This document shows, piece by piece, positions 13,201 through 27,347 of a stretch of DNA of 64,000 bases. Position 1 is the stretch's first letter, and each line of letters begins with the position of its first letter. A program made the translations under genes and the position numbers. This stretch comes from Adineta vaga (Eukaryota > Animalia > Rotifera), in NCBI GenBank assembly GCA_021613535.1, contig CP075495.1, positions 7,564,001 through 7,628,000 on the forward strand, read 5' to 3'. The notes below the pieces were generated by a model that had not been told where the DNA came from, did not search any database, and worked only from the letters and a program-made list of their open reading frames with translations.

Positions 13201-16200
13201 ATAGATTTTTGTAAAGTTTGAGCGTATTGAAGAGCTTCCACCGGATCTTGATGAGATTCAACAAAATCAAAACATATAGACAAAAAATAACAATTCGTCA
13301 ATCTTACTTGGAAATTCACTTAAATGTTGGTAAATTTGTAGAGCGGATTCTTCCGTGATATGATTGGTTTGCTTTACTAGAGTATCGATTTCGATCTGGA
13401 ACGATTTTAATAAAGGTGTAATGGTTTTGTGCACATCCTAGATAGAACACAAGTGACAAAGTCAACACTTTTTTAGAAGAGAAGGATAAAAATGTCGAAG
13501 ATATGATAATGTTGTTATCGATTAACATAGTAGAAGTGTATGTTTAACGAAAGGTAACAATTTCTTTCTTTTTTTCTAAGTTGGCTCACAGACACTAGCG
13601 ATGATGATGATTAGAAGGAGTATCGCATAAAGAAATGATGATGATGATGATAAGGTGTCGGTCGTTTCTTTCTCTCTCTCTCTCTCTGTCTATTCTATTT
13701 TTTTTTCAAGAGGACTATGCGTGTCGTCGTCTATCTATCGTTCGCGTTTATGAAAGAGGAAGACCAGACAGGTGATAGATAGATTTCTTTTCTTCTTGTT
13801 CTTCTTCTCATTCTCGCTCTATTTCTTTTGTATTCTCTAAATGCAGGCAGGTGTTTACTAAAAGAGAATAAAAAATCGCGTGCTATACTCTTGTCTTTCT
13901 ATTTCTTTCTCTTTCTCTCTCTCTCTTTCCCTCTTACTGTTATTTGTCCAAAAATTGCACAACGCGATCGATTCTCGGCCAATCATTGGCGAAGACCAAT
14001 CGCGAATTTTTCCTTCGCTCACTCAGTTGCTCTCTCTCTCTCTCCCTTCTTCTTCGTTCTCAAGATATATAGGCATTTTCTCGCCTTCTCATATTAACTG
14101 ACTACAAGAGAGCAGAACGCGCGAAAGCAAAGAAGACGAAAGAGTGACAACGGCAGCCTGTCACACATCGTTTTGTGTTATGAATATTTTATTCTTCATC
14201 GTAAACAGAGGGAGAGAGAGAGAGAAAGAATAAGAAGAAGAAAATTTCAATCATCATTGCGTTTATTCTCTCTGAGTAACCGTCGCTTGTCTTTTTCTCT
14301 ATTAGCAATCATCGGGTGAGGTACCGGCAACGGAAGTCTCACAATGTTTATTCAAACAAAATGAAATGAACACACATATAGACACACGCATATAAGAACG
14401 CAAAATGCATTCCATTGCGTTCGTGTCGATTATCTTGCGCACGATTCATTTACACACTATAACTACAATAAAACAAATTTGATGTGAAAGAAAAGAAAAA
14501 AAAAGAGAAAAGAAGACGAATATGATCGGAAACGTTTTGTATTTTAATCATCCGCTGGAGAGAAAGCCTATAAGCATATGAAGAAGCGTCGAAAAAGAAG
14601 TTTCATTAGTAGGATGGACGCATACGCATCGGTGGTGATGCAGATCGAGCAAGAATATTAGGCATTGGGGCTCCAGTGTCGTTGTTATTATGATCGGTTA
14701 GCTTACTTCCTCACACCTTCCAGGCACTCACATATATACAACACGTGTATATATGTATTCATATATATAGATCTTACAAAACGGTAGTGCGGCATCAACT
14801 CAAACAAGAAAAAAATCACTTTAAGTTTTTTAAATTTTTAACAACTCTTTTTTCTCGCTTGACGAATGTGCTTATTCAAAAGTGGTTCAATCACCTGAAG
14901 TGGAGACAGACAGAAAGTAGTCAAAGACAAGAAACAACAAAGGACATTGAAAGAAAAAAAGAATGATTCTCTATTTTCTGATTGGTTTTTCTTTGTAATT
15001 GGAGGAGCGCGCGGGTGTTCGATTTTCTCATCGGAAGAGTTGCGTGCCGATGGGCACCAAAAGTAATCAACTAGAGTTCACTACTATTACTCTTTTACCA
15101 ACGACAACGACGATTCGATACACGCGACAGAGAATGAGAGAGGGAGAGAGAAGAGATCATGATATCGAATGATCACATCTAATTAAAATCTCCATTTATA
15201 TGTGTGACTAGTTAAGAAGTACGAATGTGCATCGAGTTTTTCACCTTCCAGGTTAGGAAAGAAGTAGAAGAAGAAGAAAAAAAAAGAAGAAGAAAATCAA
15301 TTACGAAAGAGGAAATTGACCCTTGTTTGTGATTAGTTCTGATGCCGATCCGACTTAGTCGTTGACACACCGACCAAGACATTCTTTAAGTATTCATTCT
15401 TATTCTTATTCTCTTACTTCTATTCGTTCTTCCTCGTCTTCATCTTTGTCTATTTCTCCTCCTTTTCTTCTCGTCATTTACGAGATGCCGTCTGATTAAA
15501 ATTTCAGGAAGATGGAAAAAGAGGGAGAGAGACAGAATTGAAAAGTCATCAACCTAAACAGGATTTGACACAATTCAACACACCGTATGCTGTATATGAG
15601 CGCGCATTCACTTTCTATTCATCGAGTGCTTCGAAGAAGCTTTTCTCTCATCTATTGAAAAGAAAACACCAGGTAGAAGTAGTAAGATGATGATCAAAGT
15701 GTAAGAAAGATACATGATGGCAGTCGCTCCGCCTATTGAATATGTAAATCATGTCTCTTTTCTGCTTTTTTTTCTTGTCATTGTGAATGCGGATAAGATG
15801 AACTGAAGTTTTTCTTTTTTCACTCACTCATTTCCTTTAACGTGAATGATGAGAAAAGAGAAATGATAATGAATAATACAAATCGTCGTCCGCCAAGGAG
15901 GCGTGTATGTTCACGCACATACGAGTATATATCTATATACATGAAAAGAATCGAATGTATCGGAACTACTTCGGAGAAGCTACATTAGCTAAATGATAGG
16001 TCGCTAGTTTGTCGTCCCGTAGAGGGATTATAGAATAAGAGAGAGAGAGAGAGAGGGAGATAGAAAAAGAAAACTTTTCTTTCTCTCACTGCTCAATCAC
16101 ACGCAGACACCCAGTCTGTCATCACGCACAGACTTAGCGAAGACTATTCTACTGTGTCATTACCGGGTGATGATCAGGAGGAGAGGAAAAACGACACACA

Positions 16201-19200
16201 ATTAAAGACTATAGCAATGCTGCTGGAAATGATAGATAGAGAAAGGAAAAAATTCTTTCCCCTCTCTCTCTCTCTTATTCTTCGATTGAAGTTGGATGTA
16301 TGTTATATATATATAATGTAGAATTGACTTCATCATCAGACTTAGTCTTCATCACAAACAAAAAGAGAAGAAGAAGAAGATCAAAGATCTTTGCACACGA
16401 GTGCACATATGAAGCACGTTTCAAACAGCAATAAATCACACGTAAAGAACAGACTCTCTCTCTCACTTATATGATTGACAAGTCATTCTAATGAGGTGTG
16501 TATGTAGATGTATATACGTATGGCTACTACAAAAAAAAATCAATTTTCGCCCCCTGATGTCCAAGACATACAATTGAAATATAGAAATGAAATTTGATTA
16601 TCACCTTTGTGACGGGACACACACATAGGTAGTTTGACTGCTGTTACTTATTGCTGATCGACTTCTATTTCACTTTGGCAAATTAGAACAAAAGTGACGC
16701 GGGCACACTGCATGAAAGCGGCAAATGGAAAGTGTATGTGATGATTTGGCAAATGAATCAATGGAGTGGTAGTCGAGGTGTGCATAAGAGAAAGAAAGAA
16801 TGTGAGCAGATGCTGAATGTATGCGAAAGATCTAACTGGTTAAATTTAAAAATCGGTAGTGTGTTCATGAATGAAAAATGTTGCAGGATGATTAAAAATA
16901 TCAATAGTTGAATGACGCCAAAAGAATTTTAACTAAAAGAAAACCTTTTTGAACATTTACAAAATGAAGAGAAATAAACACACACACACAGAAACAGAAA
17001 TCATCTGTTTTAGCATTTTTGTATTTAAATTTTGAATCAAAAGTTTCTTTTTTTATATGTTATTTGTGATAGTTATATGTATTGTTCGTTTATGTAATCT
17101 GTACTATGATTAGTCTAATACTAAAGTTTCTCATTCGATCACATCAATGTCAATTTGTAATGAACGGTGACTTCGACGCGCGTTATTTGTAATATGATCT
17201 TGTCCTTTCCACGATATTCAATTCAGCGAAAGGTAAATGCGTACACTTTTACATACAAATTGATCCCTTCGCTTTGTATTTCCTGTATATATATATATAT
17301 ATATCGTATATAAAGAAAAAAAGATGTAAGTTTCTAAATCAGATGAGCTATTGTTATTGTCGCAATGTGTATGCTACTACCGCATAGTAATCGAGTGTAT
17401 TGTTGCGAGGAGATCGTGCGTAAAATAAAACGACGACTGTGCGCGAGTTAGTTCGACAAACAAGAGAGACATCCATACACGCAAATTAGTTCAACTATAC
17501 ACCTGCGCAAACGATGGTGGTCCAGGAAATGCAATCTTAGTTGAACGAGAAAGAGAAGAAGAAGAAGAAGAAGAAGTAGTATTAGTAAAAGAAAAAAAAA
17601 CGGCAACGAGAGGAGTTGTCGAACGATCAGCCTGTCTTATAGATGATCACGTTCGTTTCTGTAGAATATAAAAAATATAAACGTAAAAAAAAAAGAGAAA
17701 CCAAGAGACAATTGAAGAACAACGATGTGAATTCGCACACATCTACACTTATACACGACTGATGATCATGAATACCTGTCTTTCTCGTTTTTTTATCTAT
17801 TTAATGATCAATTAAAACAGAAAAGATAACGAACAAGAAGAAATAAGAGGATCCACCTACCTCGTTGATATTTTTCTTCAAATCTCGACTTAATTCAACC
17901 AATTTTCTTCTCGATTGATCACTTTCATCAGCACGACTAACTATCTCAGTAGTTGTCACGTCTAAATCATGCTAAAATAAGAGAAAATAATATTATTTCA
18001 TATAATATTTATATTTATTTATTTACATCGAGAAACATATTTTCAATCTATCGATCTCAAATTGATATCTGACAACAAAAAAAGAAAGAATACGAAGAAC
18101 AATTTATAAAAAGAAGAATAAAATGAAGAAATCATCATTCATCGCATGTATAGAAATATACAAAGACAATGCACGTGGGTACCATCTTGCACCAATATGT
18201 GTGTCGTGTCGTGTCATCATCTACAATTAATCGATTGCTTCTTGTATTTGGCCCCAAAAGTGATTTGTTTTATTGCTTTCTCTCTTTTTTTTTCCTTTCG
18301 TGTTTTTCTTTTGACATAATGTTCACTGACAATTTCTCTTTTGGACTTCGTTTATTGATACAACTGTACATGTGATGCACATAGACATATCTATATATCT
18401 ATCTATCTATATATACAGTCAAAGTTGTCTGTCGTCAGTAGTAGAAATGATCATAATTAACGATCATGGATCATTAGTTGTTTGTTGTTGACAATATCTT
18501 TTTTTTAAACATATATATATACATAGATAGATAGATGTATATATACATATTACAGTGAGAAGAAGAGAAAAGTAGAATAACAAAGCTGGATGTTGTCAAT
18601 TTGGATTAGGTTTAGTCGTTGAGTCTTTCGGGAAAAAAAAGAAGGGAGAGTTGATTGATATAGATTAGACACGGCATCTCTTTTCAAGGAGGAAATCAGC
18701 GACGTCTTGTGGTGCTGCTACTCAACTCAATGTCGTCTCTCTTTATTTCTTTTAGCTCGATAAACGAATAAGTATAGCAAACGAGAGATTAGAAGAGGTG
18801 TTCGTTTCTACTGTTGTCTTTCTTATCTTCTTTTGTATAGTGTATGTATGGATGTGTATGGGTGTCAATATCTGAGTACGAAGTGCTTTGTAGGATGGAC
18901 CAATAAACATGGTACCAAACTTCACTACACATCACCTAAATACTTCTAAGATCAATCATTACACATACACAAACATACATATATACAAGTATACAAGATG
19001 CGATTTTTCCTCTTTGATGTTTTATTTCGAAATACATACCGACATATACACGTATTCATTCACTGATGTCGATCATTTATTCATTCATTCAGGCTATTTA
19101 TCACATGTATAGAAGTATAGATAGAAAGGATGGGCAATATTTCTTTTCTGTAAAGCAATCATCAATGGAATTTCTGCGTATTTTTTTCGTTTCTCTTTTC

Positions 19201-20278
19201 GTATGTTCTTTTCGTTGCTTAAAACATATCTGCCTGCATATCTATCAATCCATCCATCTATATCTTTCTATACTACATATCAATCACTCAAACTTATTTA
19301 TCAAATTCCATCACGTGTATTGCTTACTTTTAATACTTCACTATGTATATATGTTATACATTTATATATATATATACACTTACAGAATCAATTGAGATGC
19401 CAACAAAGAATTATTACCGGAAATTGTCGTTGTTGTGATATCGAAAAGACGATATCTCTATCTGTATCATCATCAACAAACATAATAAGTAGTATCGAAG
19501 AACGGCGAACAAGAGAGGAAGAGAGGCAGATGCGATGGAGGCGCAAGAAAGAATTCGAATCACAGACGAACAGTAGTATTATAGAAGAACAACAAAACAA
19601 AAGGAGAGAGAGAGAGAGAGAGAGACGATAGACAAAGATATAGGAAAAGGATATTCTTCAAGAGCGATCGTTTTGGGCAAAACTCGATCTATTATCATTA
19701 TGCGACATATCACTAGAGAGCGAGTGTCAACGATGACGATTACATGATTAGTTCTCAAACTCTTTGTAAAAGGAAAAAGAAAGAGAAGGAGAAGAAAAGA
19801 AGGTCGTCAGTCTTTTTTCTTTCTTTTCTTCACATAAAAAGTAAGATGGACAAGTTGATTATTTAGTAATCGTGCTGATCATTCGATGAATAAAGGTGTT
19901 ATAATCGAAAAGGTCATTCTCATGCACACAACATATCTGTACACAACAGTTTTAAGAATAAATATAAATAAATATACGTACATCTGTTTTAAACAGTTTA
20001 TTACACAATCATTTGATCACTTAATTCATTCGTTTTCGTTTTCTTTTTCTTTTCAACTGAATTGATCAAGAAATCTAACTCGACAAGATAGATAGAGAAA
20101 CACTTGACAGAAGAAAGCGAGGAGAAGAAGAAAGGTAAAGATAATAGTTTGATGTGTGATGTCAACAAACAAAAGAAAAAAAGAAATCAACTGTAGAGAT
20201 AGGGAGAGAACACTTTACCTGAAATGATTTCAAATCAAATGAAGTCCATTGTTCAATAGTTTTATTTGTTGAATTCAT
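7267..20278 (-). CDS. CUX1: CUX/cut-class homeobox transcription factor: CASP-type N-terminal coiled coil, three CUT repeats, homeodomain
   Basis: Exon 1 20219-20278 (MNSTNKTIEQWTSFDLKSFQ), exon 2 17861-17971 (HDLDVTTTEIVSRADESDQSRRKLVELSRDLKKNINE) and exon 3 from 13437 (DVHKTITPLLKSFQIEIDTL) match the CUX/CASP N-terminus. CUT1 ~10490-10730 ([48 protein letters not shown]), CUT2 ~9050-9310, CUT3 ~8240-8540, homeodomain ~7850-8030 (RRYLFTDEQRRVLKQTFENEPYPSQ...IANWFHNSRMR). Stop TGA at 7267-7269. Confidence 0.92.
9541..9600 (-). repeat. (GAT)n coding trinucleotide repeat encoding poly-Asp in CUX
   Basis: catcatcat run on +. A similar (GAT)n/(AAT)n tract at ~7690-7770 encodes poly-Asp/poly-Asn. 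Confidence 0.8.
12888..12910 (+). repeat. (CT)n microsatellite in a CUX intron
   Basis: tctctctc run. Similar GA/CT tracts recur through 13670-19625. Confidence 0.75.
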
Positions 20279-22252
20279 TCGTTCATCTAAAACGTCAGTT
20301 TGAATTTTATCTCTCTGTAAAAATTCTCAATATCGTTATATAATTTCACGACTCTTTGGTAGAAAAAAAAGACAAGAATAAATATAGATATGAATATATA
20401 CACATTTACGAATCGATCTCGTACGATATGTTCAATAACTTATCCTAGGACGTAATTATCATTCTAAAATGTGTATGCTTATGCACTGAGGTAGTATATG
20501 CATTCACCTACATCTGCCAAAGAAATATATGATTCTTATTGTTTTACTTGTCTTTGTCTGTGTACGAACAAGCGAGTAAATGGGTAAACTGATAAACGAT
20601 GGTAGTAAAATTTCTCCTTTATTCTCACGTTCTTTTTTTTATCCTGCATTTTTTTTTGTGCTTCGAATGTTTGTTCCGATCATGTTGTTATCGAATCGAC
20701 GACAAAGTCACGGCTTGGCGAGTGATCGCGCAAGCATGTGCACACATATGCACATACAATGACGACTTTATTGGAAATGACTGTTTATGATCGATTACCA
20801 GCCACCTCGACATACAACACGTCGACAAAGAAAGGAACAGGAGAATAAACGAGAGAAGGAGGGAAAACGTACTGTCGATAGTACGAACAGTCGCCACTAT
20901 GTATATATTCAGTACTGCTCCAAATTTTCAATTAATCTAACTGATATCAAGTCTTTCTTCTGATTGCATTTCGTTGCATGCAATCGATCATAGAACGATC
21001 GAACTACAGAATATGGGCGAAGAAGAAGAAGAAGAAGAAAAATCGATACGCATACTTATATATATATGTACACAATAAATCGTCGTTTTTCTTCTGATAC
21101 AAGAATATGTGCGTGCATTGGTGCGCTCAAGGTAAAAGCAGAACGACAACGACGATCTTACCTTACTGATCTAATCAATTCTGTCGTCGAGATCATAATA
21201 ATTCTTTTCCAAGCCGTCATCGTCTTTCTCTTTCCTTGGGGGCGACTTATTGAGAGAGTATGCACCTGATTTATGATCAGTTTTATGCGTGTATGTGTAC
21301 GTCTGCTCCTCCCTTCTTTTTCTTCTTCCTTATTCGGTTCGCTTGTCGATACTTTCATGAATGCTCAATGTTAATGTATCGAAAGTAAGAGGAGAAGACA
21401 AGAGAAAAGAAAAAAATGTCATCAGTACCCTGATCATTTCAACATCAATAAATCAGGTAGATACTCTCGTCTCTTTTCTTCTTCTCCATGGTACCATATT
21501 GTCAATTTTCTTAAATATGCAGGCCCGGGAGGTGACATCCTGCCAGAAGAACATGACACGCCATCAACATATGCCCGCATACTCATAAGGGCTAACTCTC
21601 ATCTAAAAATGATGATGACAATGATGATTGGCATTGGGAAGTCGATGGCAAGAAGACGACACGAAAGGTAGATTAGATGCGATTGAAGAAAATTGCTTGA
21701 ACATTAATGAGAAAAGAAAGGAAAACAGAAGAGAAGAAAAAGAAACTGAACGAGTCTATCGATTGAATTGTAAACTATATCTGTCCTAGGATAAGGAAAA
21801 AAAAATTTCTACCTATTCATTAATTGCAGAAAGAGTCAACGAGAAAAGGAAAGGTTAAATCAATGGATTTTTAGACAGCACAATAAGATGAAAGAGTATG
21901 ACATACAAAAGTTAATGATCACTATTACAATAAGTCTCAAAAGACATAAAATGAATAAAATATTCATCATCATCTTACATTCAAGCTAATTCACAAATAT
22001 ACTTCTACAGAAGTCTAACAGTCATCATTTCTTCTTCGATGCTTACTTGTTGAATAATGTAAATTAAGCAATATCAAAAGTTCTTTATTTTTTATTATTA
22101 CATATGTCATTATTTATCTGAGCGGGAATAAGAATAATACACAAATGGAAATGCTAGTTTTACATGAAGAGATTTCGTGAACAATCAAAGAAAAAATAGA
22201 GGTACATAAAATGTTTTCGAAGAACTTTCGAGATCACTAAAGAAAATAAATC

Positions 22253-23578
22253 TTATTCAATTTTCCGTCGTTTGGTTTTTTTGGGTGATTTTGGTTTACA
22301 ATCTTCTTCGTCTTCATCTTCACTATTCATTGCTTTCTTTAATTTTTTCTTTTCAGCTCGTATTCGTTTTCGTTCATTAACTTCACTTTGTACTCGTTGA
22401 GCATTTTCATAAATATAACGATACTGTCCAGGATCGATATCAATTGTTTGATTACGAACACGTTCTCGTGCAGCATAAGGTACTGCTATGATTGCACTTT
22501 GTTCTTTATCTTTAATTTCTAACATAATATCAAATTGAAGATCTCGTGTTTCGCGTATAAATAATTCAAAATGTCTTTCAACAATATGTTCAGCATGAGC
22601 ACCCACACGTTTGCCGTCTTGTTGAGTCGCATAATCAATCAGTGGACGTTGACTATCGGGCCATGTAGCAAAACATAGTTTCATTGCTTCGATCATTGGT
22701 TCACCATTATTTAAACAAGCATGATGAAGATTATCAAATAGAATTGGTATATTTGTATGTTCATGAATATAAAGACAGTCTTTTACTGAAAATAATCTAT
22801 CATCATTTTCAATAACCAGACGTCGACGAACTGAATCACTTAGTTTTGTTTTATATCGTTCAATAAAACGATCCATAGCAGCCTAGAAGAGATATTTGAA
22901 AGTTATCTATTTATTTTTTTCAAACATTAATAAACTTACTTGTTTATCACCGTAGATTCCTCCGACATGAATTTGTATCTTTGCACTTGCATCTAATTCC
23001 ATTTCATCCAATAATCGACAATGATAATTCAATTCTGCGACACTTCTATCAATAATATTTTCATCTTTTGCATTTATTAAACAAAATTGATCGGGATGCA
23101 TACTAATTCGACAGTTATGTTCTTTAATATATTGTCCTATTTGCTTTAATAAAGTTGAAAAATGTTTTACCCAATCGATTGTACATATGGAATGACTTGC
23201 AAATGGTACTGTTTGAGATGAAATACGAAAAAAATAAAATCCATGTTGAATATTATATTCAAGAATCTTTTGAAGACATGATAAATTTTGACCAGTTACT
23301 TCTAAACATTTCTCATTCGTATAATTAGCTAAACGAAATACATGACTAGGTGTACATAAACTTGTACATAGACATGGATAACCAATTTTCATGCCAGTAG
23401 AACGAAGAAGATTGGCAGCATTACGTAAAATTGAAAGTTTTTCTTCACGTGATTGAATAAGAACTTTTTCTTTTTCAATTTTAATCGTTTCTGTTGTCTC
23501 TTTTTTCACGGGAGATTTCTTTGTCAAAGTTTGAAGAAGAACTTTAGCTACTCGTTGACTACGACGATGTGCTGACAT
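22253..23578 (-). CDS. uvsE: UV-damage endonuclease (UVDE/UvsE), two exons (22940-23578, 22253-22882)
   Basis: MKIGYPC...FRLA...FFRISSQTVPFASH...RISMHPDQF...IHVGGIYGDK|AAMDRF...RLVIENDDR...IPILFDNLHH...GAHAEHI...DIMLEIKDKE. These are UvsE/UVDE metal-binding motifs. A phase-0 GT-AG intron at 22883-22939 joins the two ORFs. Confidence 0.93.
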
Positions 23579-23874
23579 TTGATTGATCTAAAAGTATACA
23601 AACAAATCCTTCGTATTTCCTGATCGTCAATAGACTCAATATGTTTTAGTTATTCTTATTCATTACACTTATTATATCTTGATATCTATTATTCATTATT
23701 ATTCTTAATTAAACAAAACACGAGATTGTCAATACAGAAACAATAAAACATATGAGCACCTTCATTTCTCCAATCTGACCAAACAAACAAACGAAAACAA
23801 AACCCACAAAATATCATAAAGTTATAATAATAGTAATAATCAAACATTCTCGTACATATATGTATAACAAAAGA

Positions 23875-24824
23875 TTACAAAATAGTACAAAAACAACAAT
23901 CATTCTTCTTCTGTTGTTTCTTTTGTTTTGATAAGGAAAAATTTGTGTTTGTTTGATGTTGACATTTATTTTTTCTTATTAAGCGTACCAATTCAATAAA
24001 TATCTCATCGATATTATGACGTGTACGAGCTGATGTTTCAAAATATGGAATACGCATTGAAGCAGCTGCTGAACGTGCATGTGCATCCATACCATGTTGA
24101 CGTATATCTAATTTATTTCCAATTAATAACATTGGAACATTATCTGTATCTTTAATACGTAAAATATCACGATGTAGTTTATAACATTCATCAAGTGAAC
24201 GACGATCTGTTAAAGAAAAAACTAATAGAAAACCTTCACCAACACGAACATATTGATCACGCATAGGTTTAAATTCTTCTTGTCCAGCTGAATCAAGTAT
24301 TTCTAATTGAGCAATTTGATTATCAATTAAACATTGTTTAACATAGGAATCTTCAATTGTCGGATCATAATCCGAGAAGAAAAATGATTTAACAAATTGA
24401 ATAGTAATCGCCGACTAAAATAATTAATATAAAATTTGTATTATGTTTTCTTTAAGCATATCAGAAAGACTGACAGATGAATAATTGTTTTTAATCATTA
24501 TGTCTAGAAAAGTTCATTCCTGTCAAGTAGAAAATGTCAGATAATATGGTGAACACAGCATGTTTTTGCAAATTATTGATTATATCACTAATAAGACTAT
24601 TCTCGAACTATGAATTCTCAATAAGTACTGAAACAATCGATTTATCGCTAGTAATTTGATCTTGTCTTTCAAAGTATGATAATATCTTAAGCAAAAAAGA
24701 CTCTTACTTTGCCGACGCCGCCCGTTCCTAAGACGATTATTTTATAAGTTGGTTTATCTTTTAGTTTTTTTGTTGCTGAGTTCGAATGACCATTTGTGGA
24801 CGATGTTCTATGTTTTCGTGGCAT
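23875..24824 (-). CDS. Ras-subfamily small GTPase (R-Ras/M-Ras-like), two exons
   Basis: Exon 1 (ATG 24824) ends YKIIVLGTGGVGK. Exon 2 reads SAITIQF...DYDPTIEDSY...LDSAGQEEF...GNKLD...ETSAR, then a polybasic tail and CaaX (CTIL). Confidence 0.9.
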
Positions 24825-26966
24825 GTGTTTCTATTCCGGGTTTTTTTTCTAAACAAAATAGATGAATGATTCTTTACATCAAGATATATGTACATACATA
24901 TATATATATATATGTGGAAATCAACAGTATGATAAAAAGAAGAACTGTCAACCAACAGATTACATATATATATATATATGAACTGATCGAAATTGATTTG
25001 CTTCTTAATATATCTAGTACTACTCGTTCAATTACCTTGACTATTGATATGTAATATATATGTATACGTATGTGAGTGTGTATATATATTACTTCTTAAA
25101 GTTTGAAGTGATGGTTGTTGGCAGATATGTCTCTATAGCCTTGTCATCATCATCATCATCGTAACTTTGCCGTCGGTCTCTGATGATTTATGAGAGAACA
25201 GATGCCAATGACTCTTCATTGAATGCGAGAAAGAAGATCAAACATTGATATCTGGAATAGAAGAATAGAGAGAAAGAGAAAAAAGAATGTATGGGATGAG
25301 AGAAGATTGAAGAGAGAAAAAAATACATATGGAACAGGTAAAAGACGAAGAAACTTGACACAAATATTCTCGCTTTTCTCTATCTATCGGATTTCATTCG
25401 AGAGAATACCCTAGAAGTAAAGTTCTATATGTATATTTCTTCTCTCTAGGCTTCTGTTCTTGTTTAGATAAAAACGATCAGTTATCTTTGTTGGATAATG
25501 AGAAAGTTTTTATTCGACTATTAGAATTATTCTTAACATACTTCAATTTCATTCTTTATGTTATTCAATAATACAAACAGCGTAAGAAAGAGAAGTAAAC
25601 GAACATTTATAACAACTGCTATAGTTACACATATAATAAAAAAGAAAAATGAGAAAGAAATCTCTTCTGACTATAATATATGGGTTAATTGATTCAACGA
25701 AGCAAGTCGACTAGTAGACGTTTGTGTAGATAGAAATGAATGAATTTGAATGTTTGTTCAACGACGTAACATCGAACAACAGAGAAAGTAGAAATGAGAA
25801 AGAATTCCTTTTTTCTCAACATTGTTGATTACACAATATTCTCCTGTGTATAGATCGACATTGTCACTCAATTTATTTGCACATTTTCTTGTCGTAATCA
25901 AGTTAATTAGGTGGTAAAATATGATCTTTAGTTTACAATATTACATACTACACTCTTTACAATTTATACAGAGCAAATGTCAACATATGACTCGCCAAGC
26001 GATTTGTCATCGTTTTTTTTGGCACGATTGATCGTCTTTCTGTCTATTCTTTGCAATTACTTTGCATAAGGAGGCGCATGCATATGTATACATACATACA
26101 TACATCTACATTCTCGATCAAGAATAGTCGTAAATCATCATAGAGTTATTGATTTCCAACGACTACTTTATCAGTATATAGAATAAATAATACGATAGAG
26201 GTCATGTCCATGAAACATTTATTATGTATATATCATTTGACAGTAATAAAGAACGTGAGACAATCAATAACCTTCTATTACTATATTCATTGCGAAGGAG
26301 AGAAAGAAAAGAAAAGAAAAAGAATCAATGGAATATAAAACATGAGAAAGATAAGTATTTATGTAGATAAATCTTATAGACAATTAATTATTCTTTATTT
26401 TAAAAATAATAAACAAAGAATTAGAAAAATAAGATTAATCATTCATGTTATATTCAATACATTGTTATCTATGAAATATGACAGTTTTTTCAGATATTTG
26501 TCTTAATAATCAATATGAATATTGATCGATTAAAGTTTTCCGCTGACTTCATTAATTAATCAAACGTCACTTTATTATAAAATTCGAGAAAACGATTCAT
26601 TGATTATATTGTTGCATATATTCGAATACTAAATTAATAAGATTTGTCAATGGGTTTTTATTTTTCTAGCGTATATCTCATTGTCAGCAATGCAACTATA
26701 GCACAAGTACTGCGTGCGAAATAGTTATTTCTTTAATGATGGATAAAGTGTTATTCAATACATACTATTTCTCTTGTGTATGATATTTCGGTAATGACTT
26801 ATATTAGCCGATAATTGCTATAAATCATTGGAAATCACGATTAACAAAGATTGTTTTACCAATAAATTAATTCAATGTACGCACATAACTATGTGATAGA
26901 CGAAAGTATTATCTTCATCTACAAAAGAAAAATGATGCACCAACTTTCCTTTTCTTTATTTGATCA

Positions 26967-27347
26967 TTATCGATAAAGTTTATATTTGGAAAACAAATGT
27001 TCAATATCTTTTTTATAATAAGGTTTAACAGCAATTGCTGTTGGAATATTTTCCGGTTGTTCAATCCAAAGATGATGTTCAATAGAATTTTGTTTGAGTA
27101 AATCACTTATTTCTCTTAATTCATTTTCACCGCCCTCAATTCCTAACAGAATTTTATGCATACGATCTAAATCGTTAAAATACGATTTGGTTAATTCATC
27201 ATTGATTGTTTTATATAGAATAGCACTCGAAGCATGACATGCTTGAGCAATAATTGCACCATCATTATAATTCTTCATCTTTTTTAAATCACGTCGTAAT
27301 AAAATATATTGAACAATAACATTCACTGGTGTTGCCATTAATCTCAT
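26967..27347 (-). CDS. PTRHD1: Peptidyl-tRNA hydrolase domain-containing protein 1 (PTH2 family)
   Basis: VQYILLRRDL...GAIIAQACHA...MHKILL...HHLWIEQPENIPTAIAVKPY...KLYR; single exon. Confidence 0.9.
   Translation of the reverse strand: MRLMATPVNVIVQYILLRRDLKKMKNYNDGAIIAQACHASSAILYKTINDELTKSYFNDLDRMHKILLGIEGGENELREISDLLKQNSIEHHLWIEQPENIPTAIAVKPYYKKDIEHLFSKYKLYR

Noticed and set aside
20487-20520. TGAGGTAGTA, matching the first 10 nt of let-7, upstream of CUX
   Set aside because: The match ends after 10 nt and no convincing pre-miRNA hairpin or star arm follows.
13500-21600. Many 60-140 aa ORFs in the CUX introns and upstream region
   Set aside because: They derive from GA/CT/AT microsatellite-rich sequence, give biased translations and carry no motifs.
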